From NCBI GenBank assembly GCA_012295275.1, contig SMMR01000018.1, forward strand, positions 1 through 19,713: a stretch of DNA of 19,713 bases, read 5' to 3'. The stretch comes from Chrysomallon squamiferum. Taxonomy: Eukaryota; Animalia; Mollusca. The translations under genes were made by a program, and so were the position numbers. How positions within the stretch are numbered: position 1 is the stretch's first letter; each line of letters begins with the position of its first letter. Below the pieces are notes generated by a model. That model saw nothing but the letters and a program-made list of their open reading frames with translations, was not told the origin of the DNA and did not search any database. This document shows, piece after piece, positions 1 to 13,700 of this stretch.

Positions 1-3000
1 AAGCGTTTCCAACATTTGCCAATGGTGCTGCACCTTTGAAAATGCGTTGAAAAAAAAAACGAGCAAATTTTCAAAAATATGTGCGTTTTTGTGCACGTGT
101 CGGAAACGAGTTGTTCCCCTTGGGTGGGGCGTGCGGCACTTTTTCACCCGTGTAGGGCAACCCCTTGCCCCACTTTTGGGTATGTGCGCCCGATTTTTTT
201 CCCACGTGCACAGAAAAAGTTATTGCACTTTGAAAAAGGTACCCCTAGCATTTTCAACGAAACTTGAAAAATTCGATTTTCAAAAGTTGAAAATCCGTGT
301 GGCACTATTCCGTGCGGTCGGGAAAAATATTTCAACGTGTGCAAAAGGTGCGCGCCGTCGGGCGAGTGTGGCAAAAGCGTTTCCAACATTTGCCAATGGT
401 GCTGCACCTTTGAAAATGCGTTTGAAAAAAAAAACGAGCAAATTTTCAAAAAATATGTGCGTTTTTGTGCACGTGTCGGAAACGAGTTGTTCCCCTTGGT
501 GGGGCGTGCGGCACTTTTCACCCGTGTAGGGCAACCCTTGCCCCACTTTTGGGTATGTGCGCCCGATTTTTCCCACGTGCACAGAAAAAGTTATTGCACT
601 TTGAAAAAAAAGGTACCCTAGCATTTTCAACGAAACTTGAAAAAAATTCGATTTTCAAAAGTTGAAAATCCGTGTGGCACTATTCCGTGCGGTCGGGAAA
701 AATATTTCAACGTGTGCAAAAGGTGCGCGCGCGCGCGCCGTCGGCGAGTGTGGCAAAAGCGTTTCCAACATTTGCCAATGGTGCTGCACCTTTGAAAATG
801 CGTTTGAAAAAAAAACGAGCAAATTTTCAAAAATATGTGCGTTTTTGTGCACGTGTCGGTAAACGAGTTGTTCCCTTTGGGTGGGGCGTGCGGCACTTTT
901 TCACCCGTGTAGGGCAACCCTTGCCCCACTTTTGGGTATGTGCGCCCGATTTTTCCCACGCACAGAAAAAAAAGTTATTGCACTTTGAAAAAGGTACCCC
1001 TAGCATTTTCAACGAAACTTGAAAAATTCGATTTTCAAAAGTTGAAAATCCGTGTGGCACTATTCCGTGCGGTCGGGAAAAATATTTCAACGTGTGCAAA
1101 AGGTGCGCGCCGTCGGGGGCGAGTGTGGCAAAAGCGTTTCCAACATTTGCCAAATGGTGCTGCACCTTTGAAAATGCGTTTGAAAAAAAAACGAGCAAAT
1201 TTTCAAAAAAAAATATGTGCGTTTTTTTTTGTGCACGTGTCGGAAACGAGTTGTTCCCCTTGGGTGGGGCGTGCGGCACTTTTCACCCGTGTAGGGCAAC
1301 CCTTGCCCCACTTTTTGGGTATGTGCGCCCGATTTTTCCCACGTGCACAGAAAAAGTTATTGCACTTTTGAAAAAAAAGGTACCCCTAGCATTTTCAACG
1401 AAACTTGAAAAAATTCGATTTTCAAAAGTTGAAAATCCGTGTGGCACTATTCCGTGCGGTCGGGAAAAATATTTCAACGTGTGCAAAAGGTGCGCGCCGT
1501 CGGGGCGAGTGTGGCAAAAGCGTTTCCAACATTTGCCAATGGTGCTGCACCTTTTGAAAATGCGTTTGAAAAAAAAACGAGCAAATTTTCAAAAATATGT
1601 GCGTTTTTTGTGCACGTGTCGGAAACGAGTTGTTCCCCTTGGGTGGGGCGTGCGGCACTTTTCACCCGTGTAGGGCAACCCTTGCCCCACTTTTGGGTAT
1701 GTGCGCCCGATTTTTCCCACGTGCACAGAAAAGTTATTGCACTTTGAAAAGGTACCCCTAGCATTTTCAACGAAACTTGAAAAATTCGATTTTCAAAAGT
1801 TGAAAATCCGTGTGGCACTATTCCGTGCGGTCGGGAAAAATATTTCAACGTGTGCAAAAGGTGCGCGCCGTCGGGGCGAGTGTGGCAAAAGCGTTTCCAA
1901 CATTTGCCAATGGTGCTGCACCTTTGAAAATGCGTTTGAAAAAAAAAAACGAGCAAATTTTCAAAAAAAAAAATATGTGCGTTTTTTGTGCACGTGTCGG
2001 AAACGAGTTGTTCCCCTTTGGTGGGGCGTGCGGCACTTTTCACCCGTGTAGGGCAACCCTTGCCCCACTTTTGGGTATGTGCGCCCGATTTTTTCCCACG
2101 CACAGAAAAAGTTATTGCACTTTGAAAAAGGTACCCCTAGCATTTTCAACGAAACTTGAAAAAATTCGATTTTCAAAAGTTGAAAATCCGTGTGGCACTA
2201 TTCCGTGCGGTCGGGAAAAATATTTCAACGTGTGCAAAAGGTGCGCGCCGTCGGGGGGGCGAGTGTGGCAAAAGCGTTTCCAACATTTGCCAATGGTGCT
2301 GCACCTTTGAAAATGTGAAAAAAAAAAAAAACGAGCAAATTTTCAAAAAATATGTGCGTTTTTGTGCACGTGTCGGAAACGAGTTGTTCCCCTTGGGTGG
2401 GGCGTGCGGCACTTTTCACCCGTGTAGGGCAACCCTTGCCCCCCACTTTTTGGGTATGTGCGCCCGATTTTTCCCACGTGCACAGAAAAAGTTATTGCAC
2501 TTTGAAAAGGTAACCCTAGCATTTTCAACGAAACTTGAAAAAATTCGATTTTCAAAAGTTGAAAATCCGTGTGGCACTATTCCGTGCGGTCGGGAAAAAT
2601 ATTTCAACGTGTGCAAAAGGTGCGCGCCGTCGGGGCGAGTGTGGCAAAAGCGTTTCCAACATTTGCCAATGGTGCTGCACCTTTTGAAAATGCGTTTGAA
2701 AAAAAAACGAGCAAATTTTCAAAAATATGTGCGTTTTTTGTGCACGTGTCGGAAACGAGTTGTTCCCCTTGGGTGGGGCGTGCGGCACTTTTCACCCGTG
2801 TAGGGCAACCCTTGCCCCACTTTTGGGTATGTGCGCCCGATTTTTCCCACGTGCACAGAAAAAGTTATTGCACTTTGAAAAAGGTACCCCTAGCATTTTC
2901 AACGAAACTTGAAAAAATTCGATTTTCAAAAGTTGAAAATCCGTGTGGCACTATTCCGTGCGGTCGGGAAAAATATTTCAACGTGTGCAAAAGGTGCGCG

Positions 3001-6000
3001 CCGGGGGGCGAGTGTGGCAAAAGCGTTTCCAACATTTGCCAATGGTGCTGCACCTTTTGAAAATGCGTTTGAAAAAAAAACGAGCAAATTTTCAAAAATA
3101 TGTGCGTTTTTTGTGCACGTGTCGGAAACGAGTTGTTCCCCTTGGGTGGGGCGTGCGGCACTTTTTTTCACCCGTGTAGGGCAACCCTTGCCCCACTTTT
3201 GGGTATGTGCGCCCGATTTTTCCCACGTGCACAGAAAAAGTTATTGCACTTTGAAAAAGGTACCCCTAGCATTTTCAACGAAACTTGAAAAATTCGATTT
3301 TCAAAGTTGAAAATCCGTGTGGCACTATTCCGTGCGGTCGGGAAAAATATTTCAACGTGTGCAAAAGGTGCGCGCCGTCGGGGCGAGTGTGGCAAAAGCG
3401 TTTCCAACATTTGCCAATGGTGCTGCACCTTTTGAAAATGCGTTTGAAAAAAAAACGAGCAAATTTTCAAAAATATGTGCGTTTTTTGTGCACGTGTCGG
3501 AAACGAGTTGTTCCCCTTGGGTGGGGCGTGCGGCACTTTTCACCCGTGTAGGGCAACCCTTGCCCCACTTTTGGGTATGTGCGCCCGATTTTTCCCACGT
3601 GCACAGAAAAAGTTATTGCACTTTGAAAAAGGTACCCCTAGCATTTTCAACGAAACTTGAAAAAATTCGATTTTCAAAAGTTGAAAATCCGTGTGGCACT
3701 ATTCCGTGCGGTCGGGAAAAATATTTCAACGTGTGCAAAAGGTGCGCGCCGTCGGGGCGAGTGTGGCAAAAGCGTTTCCAACATTTGCCAATGGTGCTGC
3801 ACCTTTTGAAAATGCGTTGTAAAAAAAAAACGAGCAAATTTTCAAAAATATGTGCGTTTTTTGTGCACGTGTCGGAAACGAGTTGTTCCCCTTGGGTGGG
3901 GCGTGCGGCACTTTTCACCCGTGTAGGGCAACCCTTGCCCCACTTTTTGGTATATGTGCGCCCGATTTTTTCCCACGTGCACAGAAAAAGTTATTGCACT
4001 TTGAAAAAAAAGGTACCCTAGCATTTTCAACGAAACTTGAAAAAATTCGATTTTCAAAAGTTGAAAATCCGTGTGGCACTATTCCGTGCGGTCGGGAAAA
4101 ATATTTCAACGTGTGCAAAAGGTGCGCGCCGTCGGGGCGAGTGTGGCAAAAGCGTTTCCAACATTTGCCAATGGTGCTGCACCTTTTGAAAATGCGTTGA
4201 AAAAAAAAAAAACGAGCAAATTTCAAAAAATATGTGTTTTTTTTGTGCACGTGTCGGAAACGAGTTGTTCCCCTTGGGTGGGGCGTGCGGCACTTTTCAC
4301 CCGTGTAGGGCAACCCTTGCCCCACTTTTGGGTATGTGCGCCCGATTTTTCCCACGTGCACAGAAAAAGTTATTGCACTTTGAAAAAAAAGGTACCCCTA
4401 GCATTTTCAACGAAACTGAAAAAAAATTCGATTTTCAAAAAGTTGAAAATCCGTGTGGCACTATTCCGTGCGGTCGGGAAAAATATTTCAACGTGTGCAA
4501 AAGGTGCGCGCCGTCGGGGCGAGTGTGGCAAAAGCGTTTCCAACATTTGCCAATGGTGCTGCACCTTTGAAAATGCGTTGAAAAAAAAAAAAAAAAACGA
4601 GCAAATTTTCAAAAAAATATGCGTTTTTTTGTGCACGTGTCGGAAACGAGTTGTTCCCCTTTGGGTGGGGCGTGCGGCACTTTTCACCCGTGTAGGGCAA
4701 CCTTTGCCCCACTTTTGGGTATGTGCGCCCGATTTTTCCCGCGCCGAGTTATTTTTTCAACGCACAAAAAAAAAAAGTTTGCATTGCACTTTGAAAAGGT
4801 ACCCTAGCATTTTCAACGAAACTTGAAAAAATTCGATTTTCAAAAGTTGAAAATCCGTGTGGCACTATTCCGTGCGGTCGGGAAAAATATTTCAACGTGT
4901 GCAAAAGGTGCGCGCCGTCGGGGCGAGTGTGGCAAAAGCGTTTCCAACATTTGCCAATGGTGCTGCACCTTTGAAAATGCGTTTGAAAAAAAAAAAACGA
5001 GCAAATTTCAAAAAATATGTGCGTTTTTTTGTGCACGTGTCGGAAACGAGTTGTTCCCCTTGGGTGGGGCGTGCGGCACTTTTCACCCGTGTAGGGCAAC
5101 CCTTGCCCCACTTTTTGGGTATGTGCGCCCGATTTTTCCCACGTGCACAGAAAAAGTTATTGCACTTTGAAAAAGGTACCCCTAGCATTTTCAACGAAAC
5201 TTGAAAAAATTCGATTTTCAAAAGTTGAAAATCCGTGTGGCACTATTCCGTGCGGTCGGGAAAAATATTTCAACGTGTGCAAAAGGTGCGCGCCGTCGGG
5301 GCGAGTGTGGCAAAAGCGTTTCCAACATTTGCCAATGGTGCTGCACCTTTTGAAAATGCGTTTGAAAAAAAAACGAGCAAATTTTCAAAAATATGTGCGT
5401 TTTTTGTGCACGTGTCGGAAACGAGTTGTTCCCCTTGGGTGGGGCGTGCGGCACTTTTCACCCGTGTAGGGCAACCCTTGCCCCACTTTTGGGTATGTGC
5501 GCCCGATTTTTCCCACGTGCACAGAAAAAGTTATTGCACTTTGAAAAAGGTAACCCTAGCATTTTCAACGAAACTTGAAAAAATTCGATTTTCAAAAGTT
5601 GAAAATCCGTGTGGCACTATTCCGTGCGGTCGGGAAAAATATTTCAACGTGTGCAAAAGGTGCGCGCCGTCGGGGCGAGTGTGGCAAAAGCGTTTCCAAC
5701 ATTTGCCAATGGTGCTGCACCTTTGAAAATGCGTTTGAAAAAAAACGAGAGCAGCAATTTCAAAAAAAAAATATGTGCGTTTTTTGTGCACGTGTCGGAA
5801 ACGAGTTGTTCCCCTTGGGTGGGGCGTGCGGCACTTTTCACCCGTGTAGGGCAACCCTTGCCCCACTTTTGGGTATGTGCGCCCGATTTTTCCCACGTGC
5901 ACAGAAAAAGTTATTGCACTTTGAAAAAGGTACCCCTAGCATTTTCAACGAAACTTGAAAAAATTCGATTTTCAAAAGTTGAAAATCCGTGTGGCACTAT

Positions 6001-7701
6001 TCCGTGCGGTCGGGAAAAATATTTCAACGTGTGCAAAAGGTGCGCGCCGTCGGGGCGAGTGTGGCAAAAGCGTTTCCAACATTTGCCAATGGTGCTGCAC
6101 CTTTTGAAAATGCGTTGAAAAAAAAACGAGCAAATTTTCAAAAATATGTGCGTTTTTTGTGCACGTGTCGGAAACGAGTTGTTCCCCTTGGGTGGGGCGT
6201 GCGGCACTTTTCACCCGTGTAGGGCAACCCTTGCCCCACTTTTGGGTTTTGGGTATGTGCGCCCGATTTTTTTCCCACGTGCACAAAAAAGTTATTGCAC
6301 TTGAAAAAAAAAGGTACCCTAGCATTTTCAACGAAAACTTGAAAAATTCGATTTTCAAAAAGTTGAAAATCCGTGTGGCACTATTCCGTGCGGTCGGGAA
6401 AAATATTTCAACGTGTGCAAAAAAAGGCGCGCGCCGTCGGGGCGAGTGTGGCAAAAGCGTTTCCAACATTTGCCAATGGTGCTGCACCTTTGAAAATGTT
6501 TGAAAAAAAAAAAAAACGAGCAAATTTTCAAAAATATGTGCGTTTTTTGTGCACGTGTCGGAAACGAGTTGTTCCCCTTGGGTGGGGCGTGCGGCACTTT
6601 TCACCCGTGTAGGGCAACCCTTTGCCCCACTTTTGGGTATGTGCGCCCGATTTTTCCCACGTGCACAAAAAAGTTATTGCACTTTGAAAAAGGTAACCCC
6701 TAGCATTTTCAACGAAACTTGAAAAAATTCGATTTTTCAAAAGTTGAAAATCCGTGTGGCACTATTCCGTGCGGTCGGGAAAAATATTTCAACGTGTGCA
6801 AAAGGTGCGCGCCGTCGGGGCGAGTGTGGCAAAAGCGTTTCCAACATTTGCCAATGGTGCTGCACCTTTTGAAAATGCGTTTGAAAAAAAAACGAGCAAA
6901 TTTTCAAAAATATGTGCGTTTTTTGTGCACGTGTCGGAAACGAGTTGTTCCCCTTGGGTGGGGCGTGCGGCACTTTTTTTCACCCGTGTAGGGCAACCCT
7001 GCCCTTTTTTTTTTGGGTATGTGCGCCCGATTTTTCCCACGTGCACAGAAAAAGTTATTGCACTTTGAAAAAGGTACCCCTAGCATTTTCAACGAAACTT
7101 GAAAAAATTCGATTTTCAAAAGTTGAAAATCCGTGTGGCACTATTCCGTGCGGTCGGGAAAAATATTTCAACGTGTGCAAAAAGGTGCGCGCCGGGGGGG
7201 CGAGTGTGGCAAAAGCGTTTCCAACATTTGCCAATGGTGCTGCACCTTTTGAAAATGCGTTTGAAAAAAAAACGAGCAAATTTTCAAAAATATGTGCGTT
7301 TTTTGTGCACGTGTCGGAAACGAGTTGTTCCCCTTGGGTGGGGCGTGCGGCACTTTTCACCCGTGTAGGGCAACCCTTGCCCCTTTATTTTTGGGTATGT
7401 GCGCCCGATTTTTCCCACGTGCACAGAAAAAGTTATTGCACTTTGAAAAAGGTACCCCTAGCATTTTCAACGAAACTTGAAAAAATTCGATTTTCAAAAG
7501 TTGAAAATCCGTGTGGCACTATTCCGTGCGGTCGGGAAAAATATTTCAACGTGTGCAAAAGGTGCGCGCCGTCGGGGCGAGTGTGGCAAAAGCGTTTCCA
7601 ACATTTGCCAATGGTGCTGCACCTTTTGAAAATGCGTTTGAAAAAAAAACGAGCAAATTTTCAAAAATATGTGCGTTTTTTGTGCACGTGTCGGAAACGA
7701 G

Positions 7702-7753
7702 AAAAAGCAAATTTTCAAAATATGTGCGTTTTTGTGCACGTGTCGGAAACGAG
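7702..7753 (+). repeat. Local ~52-nt tandem duplication inside one monomer
   Basis: The segment GCAAATTTTCAAAA(A)TATGTGCGTTTTT(T)GTGCACGTGTCGGAAACGAG occurs twice in succession (7653-7701 and 7707-7753). This monomer is 430 bp (7511 to 7941). Confidence 0.85.
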
Positions 7754-10700
7754 TTGTCCCCTTTGGTGGGGGCGTGCGGCTTTTTTCACCCGTGTAGGGC
7801 AACCCTTGCCCCCACTTTTTTTGGGTATGTGCGCCCGATTTTCCCCCACGTGCACAAAAAAGTTATTGCACTTGAAAAAAGGTACCCCTAGCATTTTCAA
7901 CGAAACTTGAAAAAATTCGATTTTCAAAAGTTGAAAATCCGTGTGGCACTATTCCGTGCGGTCGGAAAAAAATATTTCAACGTGTGCAAAAAAAGGTGCG
8001 CGCCGTCGGGGCGAGGTGGCAAAAGCGTTTCCAACATTTGCCAATGGTGCTGCACCTTTTGAAAAAAAAAAAAAAAAAAACGAGCAATTTTCAAAAAAAA
8101 TATGTGCGTTTTTGTGCACGTGTCGGAAACGAGTTGTTCCCCTTGGGTGGGGCGTGCGGCACTTTTCACCCGTGTAGGGCAACCCTTGCCCCACTTTTGG
8201 GTATGTGCGCCCGATTTTTCCCACGTGCACAGAAAAAGTTATTGCACTTTGAAAAAGGTACCCCTAGCATTTTCAACGAAACTTGAAAAAATTCGATTTT
8301 CAAAAGTTGAAAATCCGTGTGGCACTATTCCGTGCGGTCGGGAAAAATATTTCAACGTGTGCAAAAGGTGCGCGCCGTCGGGGCGAGTGTGGCAAAAGCG
8401 TTTCCAACATTTGCCAATGGTGCTGCACCTTTTGAAAATGCGTTTGAAAAAAAAACGAGCAAATTTTCAAAAATATGTGCGTTTTTTGTGCACGTGTCGG
8501 AAACGAGTTGTTCCCCTTGGGTGGGGCGTGCGGCACTTTTCACCCGTGTAGGGCAACCCTTGCCCCACTTTTGGGTATGTGCGCCCGATTTTTCCCACGT
8601 GCACAGAAAAAGTTATTGCACTTTGAAAAAGGTACCCCTAGCATTTTCAACGAAACTTGAAAAAATTCGATTTTCAAAAGTTGAAAATCCGTGTGGCACT
8701 ATTCCGTGCGGTCGGGAAAAATATTTCAACGTGTGCAAAAGGTGCGCGCCGTCGGGGCGAGTGTGGCAAAAGCGTTTCCAACATTTGCCAATGGTGCTGC
8801 ACCTTTTGAAAATGCGTTTGAAAAAAAACGAGCAAATTTTCAAAAATATGTGCGTTTTTTGTGCACGTGTCGGAAACGAGTTGTTCCCTTGGGTGGGGCG
8901 TGCGGCACTTTTCACCCGTGTAGGGCAACCCTTGCCCCACTTTTGGGTATGTGCGCCCGATTTTTCCCACGTGCACAAAAAAGTTATTGCACTTGAAAAA
9001 AAGGTACCCCTAGCATTTTCAACGAAACTTGAAAAATTCGATTTTCAAAAAGTTGAAAATCCGTGTGGCACTATTCCGTGCGGTCGGAAAAAAATATTTC
9101 AACGTGCAAAAAAAGGTGCGCGCCGTCGGGGCGAGTGTGGCAAAAGCGTTTCCAACATTTGCCAATGGTGCTGCACCTTTGAAAATGCGTTTGAAAAAAA
9201 CGAGCAAAAAAAAAAAATATGTGCGTTTTTTGTGCACGTGTCGGAAACGAGTTGTGTTCCCCTTGGGGGGCGTGCGGCACTTTTCACCCGTGTAGGGCAA
9301 CCCCCCCCACTTTTTTTGGGTATGTGCGCCCGATTTTTCCCACGTGCACAGAAAAAGTTATTGCACTTTGAAAAAGGTACCCCTAGCATTTTCAACGAAA
9401 CTGGAAAAATTCGATTTTCAAAAGTTGAAAATCCGTGTGGCACTATTCCGTGCGGTCGGGAAAAATATTTCAACGTGTGCAAAAGGTGCGCGCCGTCGGG
9501 GCGAGTGTGGCAAAAGCGTTTCCAACATTTGCCAATGGTGCTGCACCTTTTGAAAATGCGTTGTAAAAAAAAAACGAGCAAATTTTCAAAAATATGTGCG
9601 TTTTTTGTGCACGTGTCGGAAACGAGTTGTTCCTTGGGTGGGGTGGGGCGTGCGGCACTTTTCTTTTCACCCGTGTAGGGCAACCCTTGCCCCACTTTTT
9701 ATGTGCGCCCGATTTTCCCACGTGCACAGAAAAAGTTATTGCACTTTGAAAAGGTTCAACGAAACCCTAGCATTTTCAACGAAACTTGAAAAATTCGATT
9801 TTCAAAAGTTGAAAATCCGTGTGGCACTATTCCGTGCGGTCGGGAAAAATATTTCAACGTGCAAAAAAAAGGTGCGCGCCGGGGGGCGAGTGTGGCAAAA
9901 GCGTTTCCAACATTTGCCAATGGTGCTGCACCTTTTGAAAATGCGTTTGAAAAAAAAACGAGCAAATTTTCAAAAATATGTGCGTTTTTTGTGCACGTGT
10001 CGGAAACGAGTTGTTCCCCTTGGGTGGGGCGTGCGGCACTTTTCACCCGTGTAGGGCAACCCTTGCCCCACTTTTGGGTATGTGCGCCCGATTTTTCCCA
10101 CGTGCACAGAAAAAGTTATTGCACTTTGAAAAAGGTACCCCTAGCATTTTCAACGAAACTTGAAAAAATTCGATTTTCAAAAGTTGAAAATCCGTGTGGC
10201 ACTATTCCGTGCGGTCGGGAAAAATATTTCAACGTGTGCAAAAGGTGCGCGCGCCGTCGGGGCGAGTGTGGCAAAAGCGTTTCCAACATTTGCCAATGGT
10301 GCTGCACCTTTGAAAAAAAAAAAAAAAACGAGCAAATTTTCAAAAAAATATGTGCGTTTTTTGTGCACGTGTCGGAAACGAGTTGTTCCCCTTGGGTGGG
10401 GCGTGCGGCTTTTTTTCACCCGTGTGGGGCAACCCTTGCCCCACACTTTTGGGTATGTGCGCCCGATTTTTCCCACGTGCACAGAAAAAGTTATTGCACT
10501 TTGAAAAAGGTACCCTAGCATTTTCAACGAAACTTGAAAAAATTCGATTTTCAAAAGTTGAAAATCCGTGTGGCACTATTCCGTGCGGTCGGGAAAAATA
10601 TTTTCAACGTGTGCAAAAGGTGCGCGCCGTCGGGGGCGAGTGTGGCAAAAGCGTTTCCAACATTTGCCAATGGTGCTGCACCTTTGAAAATGCGTTTGAA

Positions 10701-13700
10701 AAAAAAAAAACGAGCAAATTTTCAAAAATATGTGCGTTTTTTTTTGTGCACGTGTCGGAAACGAGTTGTTCCCCCTTGGGGGTGGGGCGTGCGGCACTTT
10801 TCACCCGTGTAGGGCAACCCTTGCCCACTTTTTGGGTATGTGCGCCCGATTTTTCCCACGTGCACAGAAAAAGTTATTGCACTTGAAAAAAAGGTACCCC
10901 TAGCATTTTCAACGAAACTTGAAAAATTCGATTTTCAAAAGTTGAAAATCCGTGTGGCACTATTCCGTGCGGTCGGGAAAAATATTTCAACGTGTGCAAA
11001 AGGTGCGCGCCGTCGGGGCGAGTGTGGCAAAAGCGTTTCCAACATTTGCCAATGGTGCTGCACCTTTTGAAAATGCGTTTGAAAAAAAAACGAGCAAATT
11101 TCAAAAAATATGTGTTTTTTTTGTGCACGTGTCGGAAACGAGTTGTTCCCCTTGGGTGGGGCGTGCGGCACTTTTCACCCGTGTAGGGCAACCCTTGCCC
11201 ACTTTTTTTTGGGTATGTGCGCCCGATTTTTCCCACGTGCACAGAAAAAGTTATTGCACTTTGAAAAAGGTAACCCTAGCATTTTCAACGAAACTTGAAA
11301 AATTCGATTTCAAAAAAGTTGAAAATCCGTGTGGCACTATTCCGTGCGGTCGGGAAAAATATTTCAACGTGTGCAAAAGGTGCGCGCCGTCGGGGCGAGT
11401 GTGGCAAAAGCGTTTCCAACATTTGCCAATGGTGCTGCACCTTTGAAAAAAAAAAAAAAAAAAAAACGAGCAATTTTCAAAAAAAAAATTTTGTGCGTTT
11501 TTGTGCACGTGTCGGAAACGAGTTGTTCCCCTTGGGTGGGGCGTGCGGCACTTTTCACCCGTGTAGGGCAACCCTTGCCCCACTTTTGGGTATGTGCGCC
11601 CGATTTTTCCCACGTGCACAGAAAAAGTTATTGCACTTTGAAAAAGGTACCCCTAGCATTTTCAACGAAACTTGAAAAAATTCGATTTTCAAAAGTTGAA
11701 AATCCGTGTGGCACTATTCCGTGCGGTCGGGAAAAATATTTCAACGTGCAAAAAAAAGCGCGCGCCGGGGGGGCGAGTGTGGCAAAAGCGTTTCCAACAT
11801 TTGCCAATGGTGCTGCACCTTTGAAAATGCGTTTGAAAAAAAAAACGAGCAAATTTTCAAAAAATATGTTTTTTTTTTTGTGCACGTGTCGGAAACGAGT
11901 TGTTCCCCTTTGGGTGGGGCGTGCGGCACTTTTTTCACCCGTGTAGGGCACCCCCCTTGCCCCACTTTTTGGGTATGTGCGCCCGATTTTTCCCACGTGC
12001 ACAGAAAAAGTTATTGCACTTTGAAAAAGGTACCCCTAGCATTTTCAACGAAACTTGAAAAAATTCGATTTTCAAAAGTTGAAAATCCGTGTGGCACTAT
12101 TCCGTGCGGTCGGGAAAAATATTTCAACGTGTGCAAAAGGTGCGCGCCGTCGGGGCGAGTGTGGCAAAAGCGTTTCCAACATTTGCCAATGGTGCTGCAC
12201 CTTTGAAAATGCGTTTGAAAAAAAAAAAACGAGCAAATTTTCAAAAAAAAAATATTTTTTTTTTTTGTGCACGTGTCGGAAACGAGTTGTTCCCCTTTGG
12301 GTGGGGCGTGCGGCACTTTTCACCCGTGTAGGGCAACCCTTGCCCCACTTTTGGGTATGTGCGCCCGATTTTTCCCACGTGCACAGAAAAAGTTATTGCA
12401 CTTTGAAAAAGGTACCCCTAGCATTTTCAACGAAACTTGAAAAAATTCGATTTTCAAAAGTTGAAAATCCGTGTGGCACTATTCCGTGCGGTCGGGAAAA
12501 ATATTTCAACGTGTGCAAAAGGTGCGCGCCGTCGGGGCGAGTGTGGCAAAAGCGTTTCCAACATTTGCCAATGGTGCTGCACCTTTTGAAAAAAAAAAAA
12601 AAACGAGCAAATTCAAAAAAAAAAAAATATGTTTTTTTGTGCACGTGTCGGAAACGAGTTGTTCCCCTTGGGTGGGGCGTGCGGCACTTTTCACCCGTGT
12701 AGGGCAACCCTTGCCCCACTTTTTTGGGTATGTGCGCGATTTTTTTTTCCCACGTGCACAGAAAAAAAGTTATTTGCACTGAAAAAAAGGTACCCCTAGC
12801 ATTTTCAACGAAACTTGAAAAAATTCGATTTTCAAAAGTTGAAAATCCGTGTGGCACTATTCCGTGCGGTCGGGAAAAATATTTCAACGTGTGCAAAAGG
12901 TGCGCGCCGTCGGGGCGAGTGTGGCAAAAGCGTTTCCAACATTTGCCAATGGTGCTGCACCTTTTGAAAATGCGTTTAAAAAAAAACGAGCAAATTTTCA
13001 AAAATATGTGCGTTTTTTGTGCACGTGTCGGAAACGAGTTGTTCCCCTTGGGTGGGGCGTGCGGCACTTTTCACCCGTGTAGGGCAACCCTTGCCCCACT
13101 TTTGGGTATGTGCGCCCGATTTTTCCCACGTGCACAGAAAAAGTTATTGCACTTTGAAAAAGGTACCCCTAGCATTTTCAACGAAACTTGAAAAAATTCG
13201 ATTTTCAAAAGTTGAAAATCCGTGTGGCACTATTCCGTGCGGGTCGGGAAAAATATTTCAACGTGTGCAAAAGGTGCGCGCGCCGTCGGGGCGAGTGTGG
13301 CAAAAGCGTTTCCAACATTTGCCAATGGTGCTGCACCTTTTGAAAAAAAAAAAAAAAAAAAACGAGCAATTTTCAAAAAAAATATGTGCGTTTTTGTGCA
13401 CGTGTCGGAAACGAGTTGTTCCCCTTGGGTGGGGCGTGCGCTTTTTTTTCACCCGTGTAGGGCAACCCTTGCCCCTTTTTTTTGGGTATGTGCGCCCGAT
13501 TTTTCCCACGTGCACAGAAAAAGTTATTGCACTTTGAAAAAGGTACCCCTAGCATTTTCAACGAAACTTGAAAAAATTCGATTTTCAAAAGTTGAAAATC
13601 CGTGTGGCACTATTCCGTGCGGTCGGGAAAAATATTTCAACGTGTGCAAAAGGTGCGCGCCGTCGGGGCGAGTGTGGCAAAAGCGTTTCCAACATTTGCC

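Noticed and set aside
6240-6253. Telomere-like (TTTTGGG)2
   Set aside because: Only two units in a single copy. The consensus has one TTTTGGG, so this is a local duplication or error.
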